64,000 nucleotides of DNA from an uncultured delta proteobacterium (GTDB lineage: Bacteria > Desulfobacterota > Desulfomonilia > UBA1062), in the NCBI GenBank assembly GCA_963785235.1, contig CAWAUM010000012.1:224001-288000 (forward strand), in the 5' to 3' direction. Below the pieces are notes generated by a model. The model was not told the origin of the DNA. It made no database searches and saw only the letters and a list, made by a program, of their open reading frames with translations. Of this stretch, positions 41,412-52,409 are shown one piece after another. The translations under genes and the position numbers were made by a program. Numbering within the stretch: the first letter of the stretch is position 1; every line of letters begins with the position of its first letter.

Positions 41412-44400
41412 GTGAAGAAGACCTCAGGATTTTTAACCCTTATCACGCTTATATACATCCTCATATCCTTAACGGATTCCAATATCCTTGCCGACTCGAA
41501 GAAGCATCCGGTATCTCCCGGTCTCCAGACCAGCTATTCATGGAACGAGGGGAGGGCAAAAAAGCATGCATGGATGGCCATGGACGAGGCAGAAATCCTC
41601 CTGAAAAAAGAACCCGGAGCTCATGACAATGCACGCAAAACCATCAGGTCCTACCACCCTGAAGCAGTTATTACCGAAGAACATGCACAAAGTATGAGCA
41701 TACGCCTACCACGCTTAAATAATCCTCAAGAGCATTCAGCCAGACTGAAAAAATACAAAGGCTCAACGGGGATCAGGACTGCCCTGCCGGTGTTCTTTGC
41801 AAGCCCTGCCGGAAATCCGGAATCCAAGATGGTGCTCACCGAGCAGATCATTGTTCAATATCCTGGAAAAACCACGCTGAAGGCCATCTTAAAAATCGAA
41901 TCCGGTTATGGGCTCAAACGGATCCAATCATTCCCCTTTGCCCGCAATACCTTCCTCTATGAATTGGATGATCCTTTCCTTGGCTTAAAGATCTCCAACG
42001 AGCTCCAGAAATCCGGATCAGTGAATTATGCATACCCCAATTGGATGAGGGTCCGTACGAAACGATCCATCCCGGACGACACCCTTTTCGTAAACCAGTG
42101 GCATGTCCTCAATACGGGACAGGGCGGTGGACAATCGGGCGAAGATGTGAATATAGTCTCTGTTTGGGATACGTACCGCGGCTCTGCATATGAGATTATA
42201 GCCTTGGTGGATGACGGTCTCGAAATCGACCACCCCGACCTGAGAGATAACGTGCGGACTGATCTGTGCTGGGATTTTGTCAACAACAATAGTGATACTA
42301 CCTATGGAGAACACGGCACTTCCTGCGCAGGGGTGGCTGCAGGAAGGGGGTTCAATTCACTCGGCATCTGCGGTGCCGCCCCGAATGCACGGCTTGTTGG
42401 ACACCGCATAACCTTCGATACCTTTCTTCCTGATACGGTTTGGGCCTCTGCCCTTTCCCGGAATAAAGATGAAATAGACATCTACAGCAACAGCTGGGGC
42501 CCGGGAGATGGCGGATATTATCTCGATGGCCTCTCCCCGCTCATTCGAGATGCACTGGCAAATAACATCGGCACCGGAAGAGCAGGCCGCGGCAATATTT
42601 ACCTCTGGGCAGGGGGCAATGGCGGATTTATCGACAACTCGAACTATGATGGTTTCTCCAACTCACGCTATGCCATTGCCGTAGCTGCAAGTACGAACAA
42701 TGGAATGCACGCTCCCTACTCAGAAAAGGGCGCAAACATCCTGGTAAACGCGCCATCCAACGGCGGCACCCTGTCCATCACCACTACAGACCGCACGGGT
42801 TCAGACGGTTATAACTCAAGTGATTATACTTCGACGTTTGGGGGCACCTCCTCTGCAACACCCCTTGTTGCAGGAATTATTGCCCTCATGCTCCAGGCAA
42901 ACCCGGAACTTACATGGAGGGACGTGAAGAGCATCCTTGCTGAGACTGCAGAGAAAAATGATCCCACTGACTCTGATTGGACCACCAATGGCGCAGGTTA
43001 TCATATTAATCATAAATACGGCTTCGGCCGGGTCGATGCACAAGCGGCAGTGACGGCGGCCATAAGCTGGATAAATGCAGACACGGAATTACAAGCCGGC
43101 ATGTCGTCATCGCCTAATAGCCCTATTCCGGACAATGATTCCACAGGGGTTTCCGACACTATCACTATCAATGACACCATCTCCATTGAATTTGTGGAGG
43201 TAGAGTTCTCTGCTTCTGACCATACATCCTGGCCTGACCTGGAAGTGGTCTTGGTCTCCCCTGACGGTACCGAGAGTGTATTGGCAGAAAAGCACACCCC
43301 TTCAAGTTCACCGGACGGGAATTATGATCATTGGGTATTCGGCAGTGTCCGACACTATGGCGAAAATTCAAAAGGCGCTTGGATGCTTCGCGTGAGAGAC
43401 CTTTCCACAGGTGACATCGGCACATTCCAGTCTTGGACACTCAGACTTTATGGCACTAACGTTCCACCGACACCGTCCATCTCCGGCATTTCAATCTCGT
43501 CCCTGACCGATACAACCGCCACCATAACATGGGACACTGATCAGGCCTCTGACAGCACAATCCAGTTCGGAACCCTGAATTCCACATGGGGGCATTATCC
43601 TGCTGAAACACATTCATCCGATATGGCAACCTCTCACAGCATCACACTGACCGGGTTGACCGACGGCACTGTCTATTTCTTGAGGGCGGGGTCCACAAAT
43701 GCTGCAGGCAATGGTCCGTCGAATAATCCCATCGAGACGAATCCTTCAGAAGAACTTACCTTCACTACTTTATCGGATGCCCCGATCATCACCGGTGTAT
43801 CCGTAGCCGCAACACCAAGTACGGCAACGATCAACTGGACAACGGATGAGCCGGCTGACAGCGTGGTCCGGTATGGACCTGACAGCGTTGCATGGGAAAC
43901 CTATCCTTCATCCAGATCAAATTCCACCCTTTCAACAATCCACAGCGTGACCATCACCGGCCTTTCCGAAGGGGCAAGATACTACTTTTCCGTGGGCTCC
44001 ACGGACACCTCGAATAACGGACCGGGGCTTAATGCAAACTCAACAAACCCTTCTATTGAATACCAGTTCACAACAACGATCACCCCACCCTATGTGACAG
44101 GAACCACTCGCATCAATTTCTTGGCAAACACCATAGACATATCCTTCAGCAAGGCGGGTATGCAGGGAGTAGCCGTGCAGACGAACTACCGTTTCAGCCC
44201 CAGCCTTGCATTCAAGAGCCCGGGAGGTTCCAATATCATTCAAATCAGCAGCAGTACCTACCGCCTAAATCTCTCCTCCATACCACGTGACACGATCTAC
44301 TCTTTGACACTGGTGAACATAACAGACTCATACGGGTATGCCCTCTCAAAGAGCACGGTAACCCTTAATGATGACAATCACAACAATATGGCTGACGATT

Positions 44401-45635
44401 GGGAGGCCTCTTACGGCATAAGCAATGCAAACGCCGACCCGGACAACGATGGATTATCAAACAGAGATGAATATCGTAACGGCTCACTGCCTGCCAATGC
44501 CGATACGGATGGCGATGGCCTGCCTGACGGTTGGGAAGTGAAGTACGGACTGGATCCACTTGATCCATTGCGTGAAAACGGAGCAAACGGCGACCTCGAT
44601 GGCGATGGATGGACGAACAGAGAGGAATACCAAAACAATACCGACCCTTTGAGTGCCTCCTCTCCAATACCTGAGCCCCCTGATGTCGTAGAGGTACATC
44701 CCCATGACGGCGCAGGAACGACCGACACCACACGCATACCCATAAACGCCTCCTTCGCGGTTAACCTCTATGATAAAGACGGCATTAACTTGCAGGATAC
44801 GGATAGTATCATTCTTACCATCAACGATGGCGTTAACCCTGTCTACAGCGTAAGCCCTGCAGATACTGATGTAGTAAGGACAGTGAAGATCTCTCCCGAT
44901 GAAGACTCACGGGTATCAAACCTATGGGTTATCTATGACCGGTCCCGTGAAGGTACTCTGGGTTCCTTCCCCTATGGCAAAACCATTATCATAACTGTGG
45001 AGGCAAAAGACCGTTTGGGAGACTGGATGCAGGTTCACACCTATTCATTTGCAGTGGAGTCGAAGCAGGACCATGTCGAGGCTTTCAGGGCATCACCTGG
45101 AACCGTTGCCCTCCAATCGGGCAGTAGTATGCTGATGGATATCTATAACGCCGGGTTCAAGGTGATAAGCGGCGTGCTTGAAGGGATGATGGTTATCTTT
45201 AATAACAGCGAACCGGTGAAACCGGAGCTGGGTCCATCAGATGAAATCCCGCTGCTCAATGTGGACGGAATCAATGCCGTAGGCGAGGTTCTCAATTTGC
45301 AACCGCCCACGGTTTTTAACACCCCGGTTAAGGTTTTCATACCCTGCCGGGGCTACTCAGACCTGAGCAAGGTAAATGTGTATCTCTTTGACGGGTCATC
45401 CTGGCTTCTCGGCTGTGATGGACAAGGAAATGTCCAGAATTCAGCCCTGGGGTGGATGGTGGAGGGCTCCCGTGTTGACCATCCCGAACTTTTACCTCCG
45501 GCAATTGAGATCAGGCTCTACCATTTCTCTGCAGTGCAGGCAGGCTCTTCATTGCTGCCTGATACTCCCGTAGCAAAGCCAAGCGGTGGCGGGGGAGGTG
45601 GCGGAGGCTGCTTTATCGAGACGGCATCAATGTAG
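41412..45635 (+). CDS. Secreted S8 kexin/furin-like serine protease with P-domain, two FN3-like repeats, Ca-binding DxDGDG repeats and a poly-Gly-CFI tail
   Basis: VDDG, HGTSCAG, GTSSATP catalytic triad; LTWRDV, YGFGRVDA; IPDND...SWTLRLYG P-domain; C-terminus GGGGGGGCFIETASM. Confidence 0.9.
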   Translation: MKKTSGFLTLITLIYILISLTDSNILADSKKHPVSPGLQTSYSWNEGRAKKHAWMAMDEAEILLKKEPGAHDNARKTIRSYHPEAVITEEHAQSMSIRLPRLNNPQEHSARLKKYKGSTGIRTALPVFFASPAGNPESKMVLTEQIIVQYPGKTTLKAILKIESGYGLKRIQSFPFARNTFLYELDDPFLGLKISNELQKSGSVNYAYPNWMRVRTKRSIPDDTLFVNQWHVLNTGQGGGQSGEDVNIVSVWDTYRGSAYEIIALVDDGLEIDHPDLRDNVRTDLCWDFVNNNSDTTYGEHGTSCAGVAAGRGFNSLGICGAAPNARLVGHRITFDTFLPDTVWASALSRNKDEIDIYSNSWGPGDGGYYLDGLSPLIRDALANNIGTGRAGRGNIYLWAGGNGGFIDNSNYDGFSNSRYAIAVAASTNNGMHAPYSEKGANILVNAPSNGGTLSITTTDRTGSDGYNSSDYTSTFGGTSSATPLVAGIIALMLQANPELTWRDVKSILAETAEKNDPTDSDWTTNGAGYHINHKYGFGRVDAQAAVTAAISWINADTELQAGMSSSPNSPIPDNDSTGVSDTITINDTISIEFVEVEFSASDHTSWPDLEVVLVSPDGTESVLAEKHTPSSSPDGNYDHWVFGSVRHYGENSKGAWMLRVRDLSTGDIGTFQSWTLRLYGTNVPPTPSISGISISSLTDTTATITWDTDQASDSTIQFGTLNSTWGHYPAETHSSDMATSHSITLTGLTDGTVYFLRAGSTNAAGNGPSNNPIETNPSEELTFTTLSDAPIITGVSVAATPSTATINWTTDEPADSVVRYGPDSVAWETYPSSRSNSTLSTIHSVTITGLSEGARYYFSVGSTDTSNNGPGLNANSTNPSIEYQFTTTITPPYVTGTTRINFLANTIDISFSKAGMQGVAVQTNYRFSPSLAFKSPGGSNIIQISSSTYRLNLSSIPRDTIYSLTLVNITDSYGYALSKSTVTLNDDNHNNMADDWEASYGISNANADPDNDGLSNRDEYRNGSLPANADTDGDGLPDGWEVKYGLDPLDPLRENGANGDLDGDGWTNREEYQNNTDPLSASSPIPEPPDVVEVHPHDGAGTTDTTRIPINASFAVNLYDKDGINLQDTDSIILTINDGVNPVYSVSPADTDVVRTVKISPDEDSRVSNLWVIYDRSREGTLGSFPYGKTIIITVEAKDRLGDWMQVHTYSFAVESKQDHVEAFRASPGTVALQSGSSMLMDIYNAGFKVISGVLEGMMVIFNNSEPVKPELGPSDEIPLLNVDGINAVGEVLNLQPPTVFNTPVKVFIPCRGYSDLSKVNVYLFDGSSWLLGCDGQGNVQNSALGWMVEGSRVDHPELLPPAIEIRLYHFSAVQAGSSLLPDTPVAKPSGGGGGGGGCFIETASM

Positions 45636-45685
45636 GGACGCCTTCAGTATCGGTTGGCAATATCGCGGCTGAAGCCGCTCCTACA
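45631..45685. repeat. GTAG-type REP doublet (REPIN-like)
   Basis: Minus arm TGTAGGAGCGGCTTCAGCCGCGA; degenerate plus arm TGTAGGGACGCCTTCAG. Confidence 0.7.
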
Positions 45686-46418
45686 AACCCAGAACCCCTG
45701 CAGCACATGCCATGACAATGCCAGCCGCTACGGCTACGTTCAGTGATTCAGTAGCGCCTTTCATGGGAATGGAAACCGTGTCATAACAGATATCGAGGAT
45801 CTCCCTGCTGATGCCTTCGGCCTCCCGGCCTAGACATATGGCCACCTTGGGCTCAAACAGTGCAGGAGAAAGATCCTTGCTGCCCCTGGCAGTAAGGGCA
45901 AGGATGCGGTGGGGAAGCCGCTCCAGATCGCCTGCAGCACAGCGCGCAATCCTGATTCCCAGGCATGAACCCATGGAAGCCCTTACAGCTTTACCTGAAA
46001 AGGGGCTTGCCGTACCGTTCAAAATGATCATGCCGGAAAATCCGAATGCCTCGGCAGTCCGAACAATGGTGCCGACATTACCTGGGTCCTGGAGACCATC
46101 CAGGATAACAATCCTCTCCTGATCCATGAGGTCTTCCATATCTGTCCAGGGTACCTGAAAAAAGGCCAGAACACCCTGGGGTGTTTCGGTCTCACAGATA
46201 CCGGCAAAAAGCATGTCGGACATTATGGCATCGGGTGGCAAGGGAAGGCTTTGAACCTCTTCATACCCTTGGGAAACAGCCACCATCCTCGGTTTAATGC
46301 CCCGTTCGAGGGCATCGACCACAAGGCGCTTCCCCTCCAGCAGCATAACCCCCTTGTCTTTCTTGAGGGCAATCAACTCCTTGTAGAGGGGGTTATGTCT
46401 GCTTGTGAGAGTCTGCAT
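45681..46418 (-). CDS. TrmH/SpoU family RNA methyltransferase
   Basis: QDPGNVGTIVRTA, RASMGS, GREAEG, ESLNVAVA. Confidence 0.92.
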   Translation of the reverse strand: MQTLTSRHNPLYKELIALKKDKGVMLLEGKRLVVDALERGIKPRMVAVSQGYEEVQSLPLPPDAIMSDMLFAGICETETPQGVLAFFQVPWTDMEDLMDQERIVILDGLQDPGNVGTIVRTAEAFGFSGMIILNGTASPFSGKAVRASMGSCLGIRIARCAAGDLERLPHRILALTARGSKDLSPALFEPKVAICLGREAEGISREILDICYDTVSIPMKGATESLNVAVAAGIVMACAAGVLGL

Positions 46419-46439
46419 GCATTGCTGTCATCAGGTGCC

Positions 46440-47192
46440 TTACTTCCTTGTCCACATTGAGAGAAAATCAATGGGTATGGGTATGATCGTACTCGTTGAA
46501 CCCTGTTCCGATGACATCTCGCGTACGGTCTGGAGATAGCGCAATTGCAGGGCAATAGGCTCCTGAGCCATAAGTGTGGCTGCATCCAGGAGCCTCTGGG
46601 CTGCCTGGAACTCGCCTTCTGCATTGATGACCTTGGCCCTTCTCTCCCTCTCGGCCTCTGCCTGCCTTGCAATGGACCTCTGCATCTCCTCGGGCAGGTC
46701 GATGTTCTTGAGCTCAACCGCAGAGACCTTGATCCCCCAGGGTTCGGTATGCCGGTCAAGGATGGACTGGATCTGGGCGCTCACCTCATCCCGCTTGGAC
46801 AGGAGTTCATCGAGCTCTGCCTGGCCGCATACGGAACGCAGCGTGGTCTGGCTGAGCTGGCTTGTTGCATAGAGGTAGTTCTCTACATCAATGACCGCCT
46901 TCAAGGGATCGATCACCCGGAAATAGATGACGGCGCTCACCTTGACCGTGATATTATCCCTGGTGATGACATCCTGGGGCGGCACGTCCTGGACGATGGT
47001 CCGTAGCCCAATACGGATGAACCTGTCCACGAGCGGGATAATGATGATGATCCCCGGGCCCTTGGGCGCTCCGAGTACTCGTCCAAGTCTGAAAACCACT
47101 GCCCGCTCATATTCATTGAGGATCTTGATGGCGGAAAACAGAAAAAGGAGAACAAGGACAACCATGGTGATGACGGCATACCCGGCAATCAT
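46440..47192 (-). CDS. Stomatin-like SPFH (slipin) protein
   Basis: [40 protein letters not shown]. Confidence 0.95.
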   Translation of the reverse strand: MIAGYAVITMVVLVLLFLFSAIKILNEYERAVVFRLGRVLGAPKGPGIIIIIPLVDRFIRIGLRTIVQDVPPQDVITRDNITVKVSAVIYFRVIDPLKAVIDVENYLYATSQLSQTTLRSVCGQAELDELLSKRDEVSAQIQSILDRHTEPWGIKVSAVELKNIDLPEEMQRSIARQAEAERERRAKVINAEGEFQAAQRLLDAATLMAQEPIALQLRYLQTVREMSSEQGSTSTIIPIPIDFLSMWTRK

Positions 47193-47222
47193 AGAACACC
47201 TCCTAAAGGGGTTCTGTTACGT

Positions 47223-48875
47223 TTAACCCGACTTACCCGCCTTGAGCGACTTGTCCAGGGAGAGATCATCAAGCAAAGTAAGTTCTTTAAGGCTCTGCTG
47301 CTTGAACCTTGCCAAGACAGGGCCATGAAGCGTTGGCCCGTTTACCGGTTCGAGACGCAAGGGGTTGGTATACTTTCCCCGGTACTGGACCCTGAAATCG
47401 AGATGAGGGCCTGTTGCAATGCCTGTGGCTCCTACATAACCTATCACATCTCCCTGTTCTATATGCCTACCCTTTGTGATCCCTTTTGCAAACCCTCTGA
47501 GATGTCCGTAATGGGTGATATATCCGCCCGGATGTCTGATGGTAATGGCCTTGCCGAATCCCCTTGCCCATCCGGATGCTGTTATCCTGCCCTCTCCCAG
47601 GGCCACCACCGGGGTGCCGGACGGTGCCGCATAATCAACACCAAGATGGGGTCTCCTTACATGGAACACAGGATGAAGACGGTGATGCGAAAAACCCGAC
47701 GAAATGCGGCGGTAATTGAGCGGCGCCTTTAAAAAAAGCTTGCGGATGGGTTTGCCGTGTTCGTCATAATACCCATGCTTGCCTTTGTTGTCGAAGTAGA
47801 CAGCCAGGTGCTCTTCACCTTTCACCACAAAGCGGGCGGCAAGGACCCTTCCATAACCCCTGAACCTGTCCTGAACGGAATACTTCTCGTAGAGAACCGT
47901 AAAGGTGTCACCATCTTGTATATCAGTGAAGAAGTTGATGTCCCACCCGAATATGTCGGTAAGATCCATGACGATCTCCGGGCTCAAACCCGACTTGACG
48001 GCCGATTCATACAGGGAGTTCGTGATGGTCCCTTGAGCCCTTTCAACCGAGGTTTCCAAAGCCCTCGTACGGGTTCTTGCCTTGAAGATACCGTCCTTGG
48101 GGAGCACCTCGAGATAGGTTACCGGGTTGATCTCATAGATGAGCTTCTCCAGCTTTTTGGGAGATTCACCCGTGACCCACACCTTCAAGGGATGTCCGGG
48201 GGTGATGTCGGCAAGATTATACTCTCGTCTGACCGAGGTAAAGAGCCGATGAATCTGTTCATACCTGATTCCGCAGGCACTCAGGAGGTTGAATATGTTG
48301 TCGCCGCGCCTTATCTTCAGATCCACCTGCCTCAAGGCATTAATCACAGCGGGGTCCACAATCCGGTCAACCTGCTGTTTCCTGGCTTCGATGTTATCCC
48401 CGTTAATGTTCACCGTGATTCTGCTGAGATCGGCAATCTCATACTCCAGGCCTAATAAAGTCTGGTTATCCTTGCTGAAGTAGAGAATGAACTCATTGCC
48501 CACAGTGATCTTGGTGAGGTCGTATGCATCTCTGACCCTCTCAATGATATCAAGGGCCTGTCTCTGGGGTATGCCGTTTTCCCTGAGTATTCCAGTAAAG
48601 GTATCGCCCCTTGCAATATTCAGTGATACCCTTTTTGCGTTTTTGAAGGTGTCAGCCTGTAGTACCTGCGCCAGTACGGGTTTGGCAGTCTGCTGCTCGT
48701 TGCCGGTCTGAACAATAAGCGCAGGAGAAGGGCCTGCCTTGGAGGGACCCTGATCGAGGAATGCCCACACTATGCCGGATACTACGGCAGCCATGAAGGC
48801 TATAAAAAAGAATTTCCTCGGGTTCCTCCCCCTGCTCCCCTGGTAGATGATCTCCCCCTTGTATTCCAAACCCAT
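47223..48875 (-). CDS. M23 peptidoglycan DD-endopeptidase (MepM-like) with LysM-like N-domains
   Basis: N-terminal TM; RPHLGVDYAAP, YGHL, ATGPHLDF. Confidence 0.92.
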   Translation of the reverse strand: MGLEYKGEIIYQGSRGRNPRKFFFIAFMAAVVSGIVWAFLDQGPSKAGPSPALIVQTGNEQQTAKPVLAQVLQADTFKNAKRVSLNIARGDTFTGILRENGIPQRQALDIIERVRDAYDLTKITVGNEFILYFSKDNQTLLGLEYEIADLSRITVNINGDNIEARKQQVDRIVDPAVINALRQVDLKIRRGDNIFNLLSACGIRYEQIHRLFTSVRREYNLADITPGHPLKVWVTGESPKKLEKLIYEINPVTYLEVLPKDGIFKARTRTRALETSVERAQGTITNSLYESAVKSGLSPEIVMDLTDIFGWDINFFTDIQDGDTFTVLYEKYSVQDRFRGYGRVLAARFVVKGEEHLAVYFDNKGKHGYYDEHGKPIRKLFLKAPLNYRRISSGFSHHRLHPVFHVRRPHLGVDYAAPSGTPVVALGEGRITASGWARGFGKAITIRHPGGYITHYGHLRGFAKGITKGRHIEQGDVIGYVGATGIATGPHLDFRVQYRGKYTNPLRLEPVNGPTLHGPVLARFKQQSLKELTLLDDLSLDKSLKAGKSG

Positions 48876-48939
48876 GGTTAGCGCCCTTTATAAAAGGATT
48901 TTCTTGCCATATCAAGCCATTTTGTCTTTTATAGTAGCT

Positions 48940-49590
48940 GTGTATATATTCGTTGCCGATATCCATCTCAGGTCAGGCTCGAAAAAAGAAGCCGGGAGAT
49001 TCATATCCTGGCTTTTGAAGGCCCTTTTGGATGCCGATGCCATCTACATCCTGGGCGATCTTTTCGATTACTGGTATACTGGGCTCGGGTCCCAATTCCA
49101 AGATGTGCTCGAAGCCATCCAATCTCCTAAGGTCCACTTGTTGCCGGGCAACCGAGACTTCCTTCTGAATAACTCCAAACAGAAAGGCATCGACATTATC
49201 CATGCTGAGGAGACTGTCATCACCCTGTATGGTTCCAGGATACTGCTGGCCCATGGACATACCCTCACTGAGGCTGACACCGGATTCAAGCTGCTGCATC
49301 GGTATGGTTGGCCTGCATTGGAACACCTGGACCGCTTGCTCTCCGTAACCTTGAAGGACCGCTGTGCCCGCTCGCTGGTCAAATCCTCTGCCATGGTCAG
49401 ACCTTCACTGTCGAATATCCGGGAAGGAATACATACCGAAAAGGGGGTTGATACGGTTATATGCGGCCACCTGCATAGGCATATCACAGAGCCGGGCCTC
49501 ATCGTTCTGCCCGCCTTTTATGACGGCGGGTCATGGCTTGAGTGGGATGAATCGGGCCCCCGCCTGAAGTCCTCATTAGTCGGGGGATAA
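48940..49590 (+). CDS. UDP-2,3-diacylglucosamine hydrolase LpxH-like metallophosphoesterase
   Basis: ADIHL, LGDLFDYW, GNRDFL, AHGH, GHLH; start assumed at GTG 48940. Confidence 0.78.
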   Translation: MYIFVADIHLRSGSKKEAGRFISWLLKALLDADAIYILGDLFDYWYTGLGSQFQDVLEAIQSPKVHLLPGNRDFLLNNSKQKGIDIIHAEETVITLYGSRILLAHGHTLTEADTGFKLLHRYGWPALEHLDRLLSVTLKDRCARSLVKSSAMVRPSLSNIREGIHTEKGVDTVICGHLHRHITEPGLIVLPAFYDGGSWLEWDESGPRLKSSLVGG

Positions 49591-49602
49591 AGGTCTGTAC
49601 CC

Positions 49603-50760
49603 CTATCCCGACAGCACCATCTTGGCCAGGATGGGTGCGGCGATAAAAACGCCCATGGTGCTCCCCAGGTTTGCGAACGTCACCACCAGCAGGATCCTGG
49701 TGATGGGGTTTCTGTACCAGCCGCTGAACTTGAGGATGTCTTCGTGGATAGTCTGGAAATCCGAGACCTTGGGCTTTTTCAGATATGCCTCGCTCAAACC
49801 GGCAAACCAGCCTGATGCAAGGGCCGGATGGAGCGTGGTCATGGGTGCGACAACTGCGGCAACAAGCACGGTAATGGGGTGGGCAAGGGCGAGGATCGTG
49901 GCCAGTGCGGTGCAGACCATGGTGGTAATGACCCATAGCTTGATCATGTCAATGCCCTGCTTGGATCCGCCGAAGAAGAATCCTGTCAGAACCAGGGCCA
50001 GGATGATCGTGGGCAGAATCCATTTCATCACACTGTCTTTTTTTTCAGGGACTTCTTCGAGCCTGGCAATGTCTACCACCGGATGTTCGATCTGAGAGAG
50101 GATTCCCTTCATGTGTCCGGCGCCGATAACGCCCACGACCCTGCTTGATGAGGAGATGTCCGCTATCTTCCTGGCCATGTAGGCATCGCGTTCATCAATG
50201 AGGACCTCCTTGATGGTGGGAGCATACTTGGCCATCTCTTCGACCGCAGTGGTCAGGACATCCATCTCCTTGAGCTTTTCAATATCCTTTTCGGTTAGTT
50301 CTTCCACCTCAAAGATGGAGAGCGTGGCGCCGTAAAGCAGCTTCATTTTCTCCCAGAAGCCAAGTCCCCTCCATACGCGCGCCAGGGTTATCTGGACGTT
50401 CCTGTCCACGAGCACAACCTCGATACCGTTTGCCTCGGCCTCTTCTATGGCTGCCCTCATCTCATCGCCGGGCTTCACCCCGAGCTTCTGGCCGATACGC
50501 CTCTGGAAGGAAGACATCACGAGGTTCGCCATTAAAAATGCAGTCTTCTTCTCCTTGATGACCTTGAAGATATCCATGTTCTGCCAGGCTAAAGGATTCT
50601 TCATCACATCATACCGGGCCTGACAGAGTTCCACTGCCACGGCATTGGGCCTTTCCTCCAAGATGGTGGACCTGACCTCCTCAACCGATGCCTTTGAGAC
50701 ATGGGCTGTTCCAACCATGATAACCTCTTTATCCCCTAACTGTATTCTCTCAGACGACAT
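49603..50760 (-). CDS. TraB/PrgY family protein
   Basis: GTAHVS, VAVELC, KPGDEM, LIDERD, GAGH, C-terminal TM helices. Confidence 0.9.
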   Translation of the reverse strand: MSSERIQLGDKEVIMVGTAHVSKASVEEVRSTILEERPNAVAVELCQARYDVMKNPLAWQNMDIFKVIKEKKTAFLMANLVMSSFQRRIGQKLGVKPGDEMRAAIEEAEANGIEVVLVDRNVQITLARVWRGLGFWEKMKLLYGATLSIFEVEELTEKDIEKLKEMDVLTTAVEEMAKYAPTIKEVLIDERDAYMARKIADISSSSRVVGVIGAGHMKGILSQIEHPVVDIARLEEVPEKKDSVMKWILPTIILALVLTGFFFGGSKQGIDMIKLWVITTMVCTALATILALAHPITVLVAAVVAPMTTLHPALASGWFAGLSEAYLKKPKVSDFQTIHEDILKFSGWYRNPITRILLVVTFANLGSTMGVFIAAPILAKMVLSG

Positions 50761-50799
50761 GTTGTTCCTCTCTCCATGATGCTGACTGCTTAAAATCGA

Positions 50800-51300
50800 T
50801 CACCTCTTGAAAAAGACAAGCTCTTTGAGCTCCTTTCTCTTGGAACTGATAAATAACGGTTCGGCCGGATAACCCAGTGCAATCACGGCCATGAGCTCAA
50901 AGGGCCCAGGCGCTTCAAGAATAATCTTGAATTCTTTCTCGCTTTTCAGGATCTCTCCCAGCCACACACCGCCAAGCCCCAGCGAGTGTATTGCAAGGAG
51001 CATGTTCTGGATGCACGCCCCGACGGCCTGCACGTCCTTGGTATGGTGATAGCTTGTTTCCGTATCAAGGAAGACCGCAATGAGCACATCTGCGCCCTTG
51101 ATGGTCTTGCTGTAGCGGGTCAAACCGCTTACCATGTCCTTGAGATTCTTATCCCTGATAACGGCAAATCGCCATGGCTGGTTATTCATCCCTGAGGGTG
51201 CAAACCTGCCCGCGTCCAGGATCTGTTCAATCAGGTCATCTGCCACGACGTTGTCGGTAAAGGTCCTGATGCTCCTGCGGGTCTTGATGAGGTCAAGCAT
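50800..51300 (-). CDS. Nitroreductase family protein
   Basis: RRSIR, APSGMNNQPWRF, QNMLLA, GLGGVW. Confidence 0.9.
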   Translation of the reverse strand: MLDLIKTRRSIRTFTDNVVADDLIEQILDAGRFAPSGMNNQPWRFAVIRDKNLKDMVSGLTRYSKTIKGADVLIAVFLDTETSYHHTKDVQAVGACIQNMLLAIHSLGLGGVWLGEILKSEKEFKIILEAPGPFELMAVIALGYPAEPLFISSKRKELKELVFFKR

Positions 51301-52409
51301 GCGTGCCTTCCTTGGTTGAAGCAGCGGTTATGAGATATGCATCGATAAATGCCGTGATGTCGCCGTCCAGCACCGCACTGACATTGCCCACCTCGAAGTT
51401 GGTGCGGTGGTCTTTCACGAGCTGGTAGGGCTGCATGACATAGGAGCGTATCTGTGAGCCCCAGGCAATATCCTTTTTCCCCCTGGAAAATTCGTTCATG
51501 CGTTCTTTCTGTTTCATTTCTTCGAGTTCATAGAGCTTGCTTGCCAGCAGCTTCATGGCAAAGGCCTTGTTCTTATGCTGAGAGCGCTCGTTCTGGCACT
51601 GGACAACGGTGTTGGTGGGCACGTGCGTAATCCTCACCGCCGAGTCGGTCTTGTTCACGTGCTGGCCCCCATGACCTGAAGCACGGTATGTGTCGATCCG
51701 CAGGTCCTTTTCATCAATGTTGATGTCGATGCTCTGGTCCACCTCGGGTGTAGTGAGCACAGAGGCAAAAGAAGTGTGCCTTCTCTTGTTCGCATCAAAG
51801 GGCGATATGCGAACCAGCCTGTGGACCCCGGTCTCTCCCTTGAGGTAGCCGAAGGCCCATTGGCCCGATATCTCAACGGTTGCCTGTTTGATGCCTGCCT
51901 CCTCGTCGGAGGATATGTCTATGATCCGCGCAGTGTACCCGTTCATCTCCGCCCACCTGATGTACATGCGGAGCAGCATCTCCGCCCAGTCCTGAGCTTC
52001 AAGACCGCCGGCCCCTGCATGGATCTCCAGGAAGGCGCTCTTGGTATCATCCTTGCCTGATAGAACATGAGCCTTCTCGCTGGCATTGATATACTTTTCG
52101 AGCTGTGAAATGGTGTCTGTGATATCAGCGATAACACCCTGCTCGTCTTCCTTGGCAAGTTCCATGAGTACCTGCAGATCATCCCAGAGGGTCGATACGG
52201 TATTCCATTGCGAGAATATTCCGGTGATGCCTGATTTTTCCGACTGGAGGTCCCTTGTCTTGCCTGTGTCTTTCCAGATTTCCGGCTGGGTCAGGAGAGA
52301 GTCTATCTCAGAAAGCCTTTTTTCACGTGAGGGTATTTCAAAGATACCCCCTCATGGCAATAATGCGTTCGCCTATTTCTTCTATCTTTTGCTGGTAGTC
52401 TGCTATCAT
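51293..52409 (-). CDS. prfB: Peptide chain release factor 2 with programmed +1 frameshift
   Basis: SPF and GGQ motifs; first frame ends AGG GGG TAT CTT TGA and the +1 frame is open. Confidence 0.96.
52337..52352 (-). promoter_or_regulatory. prfB frameshift cassette
   Basis: AGGGGG-TAT-CTT-TGA-A. Confidence 0.92.
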
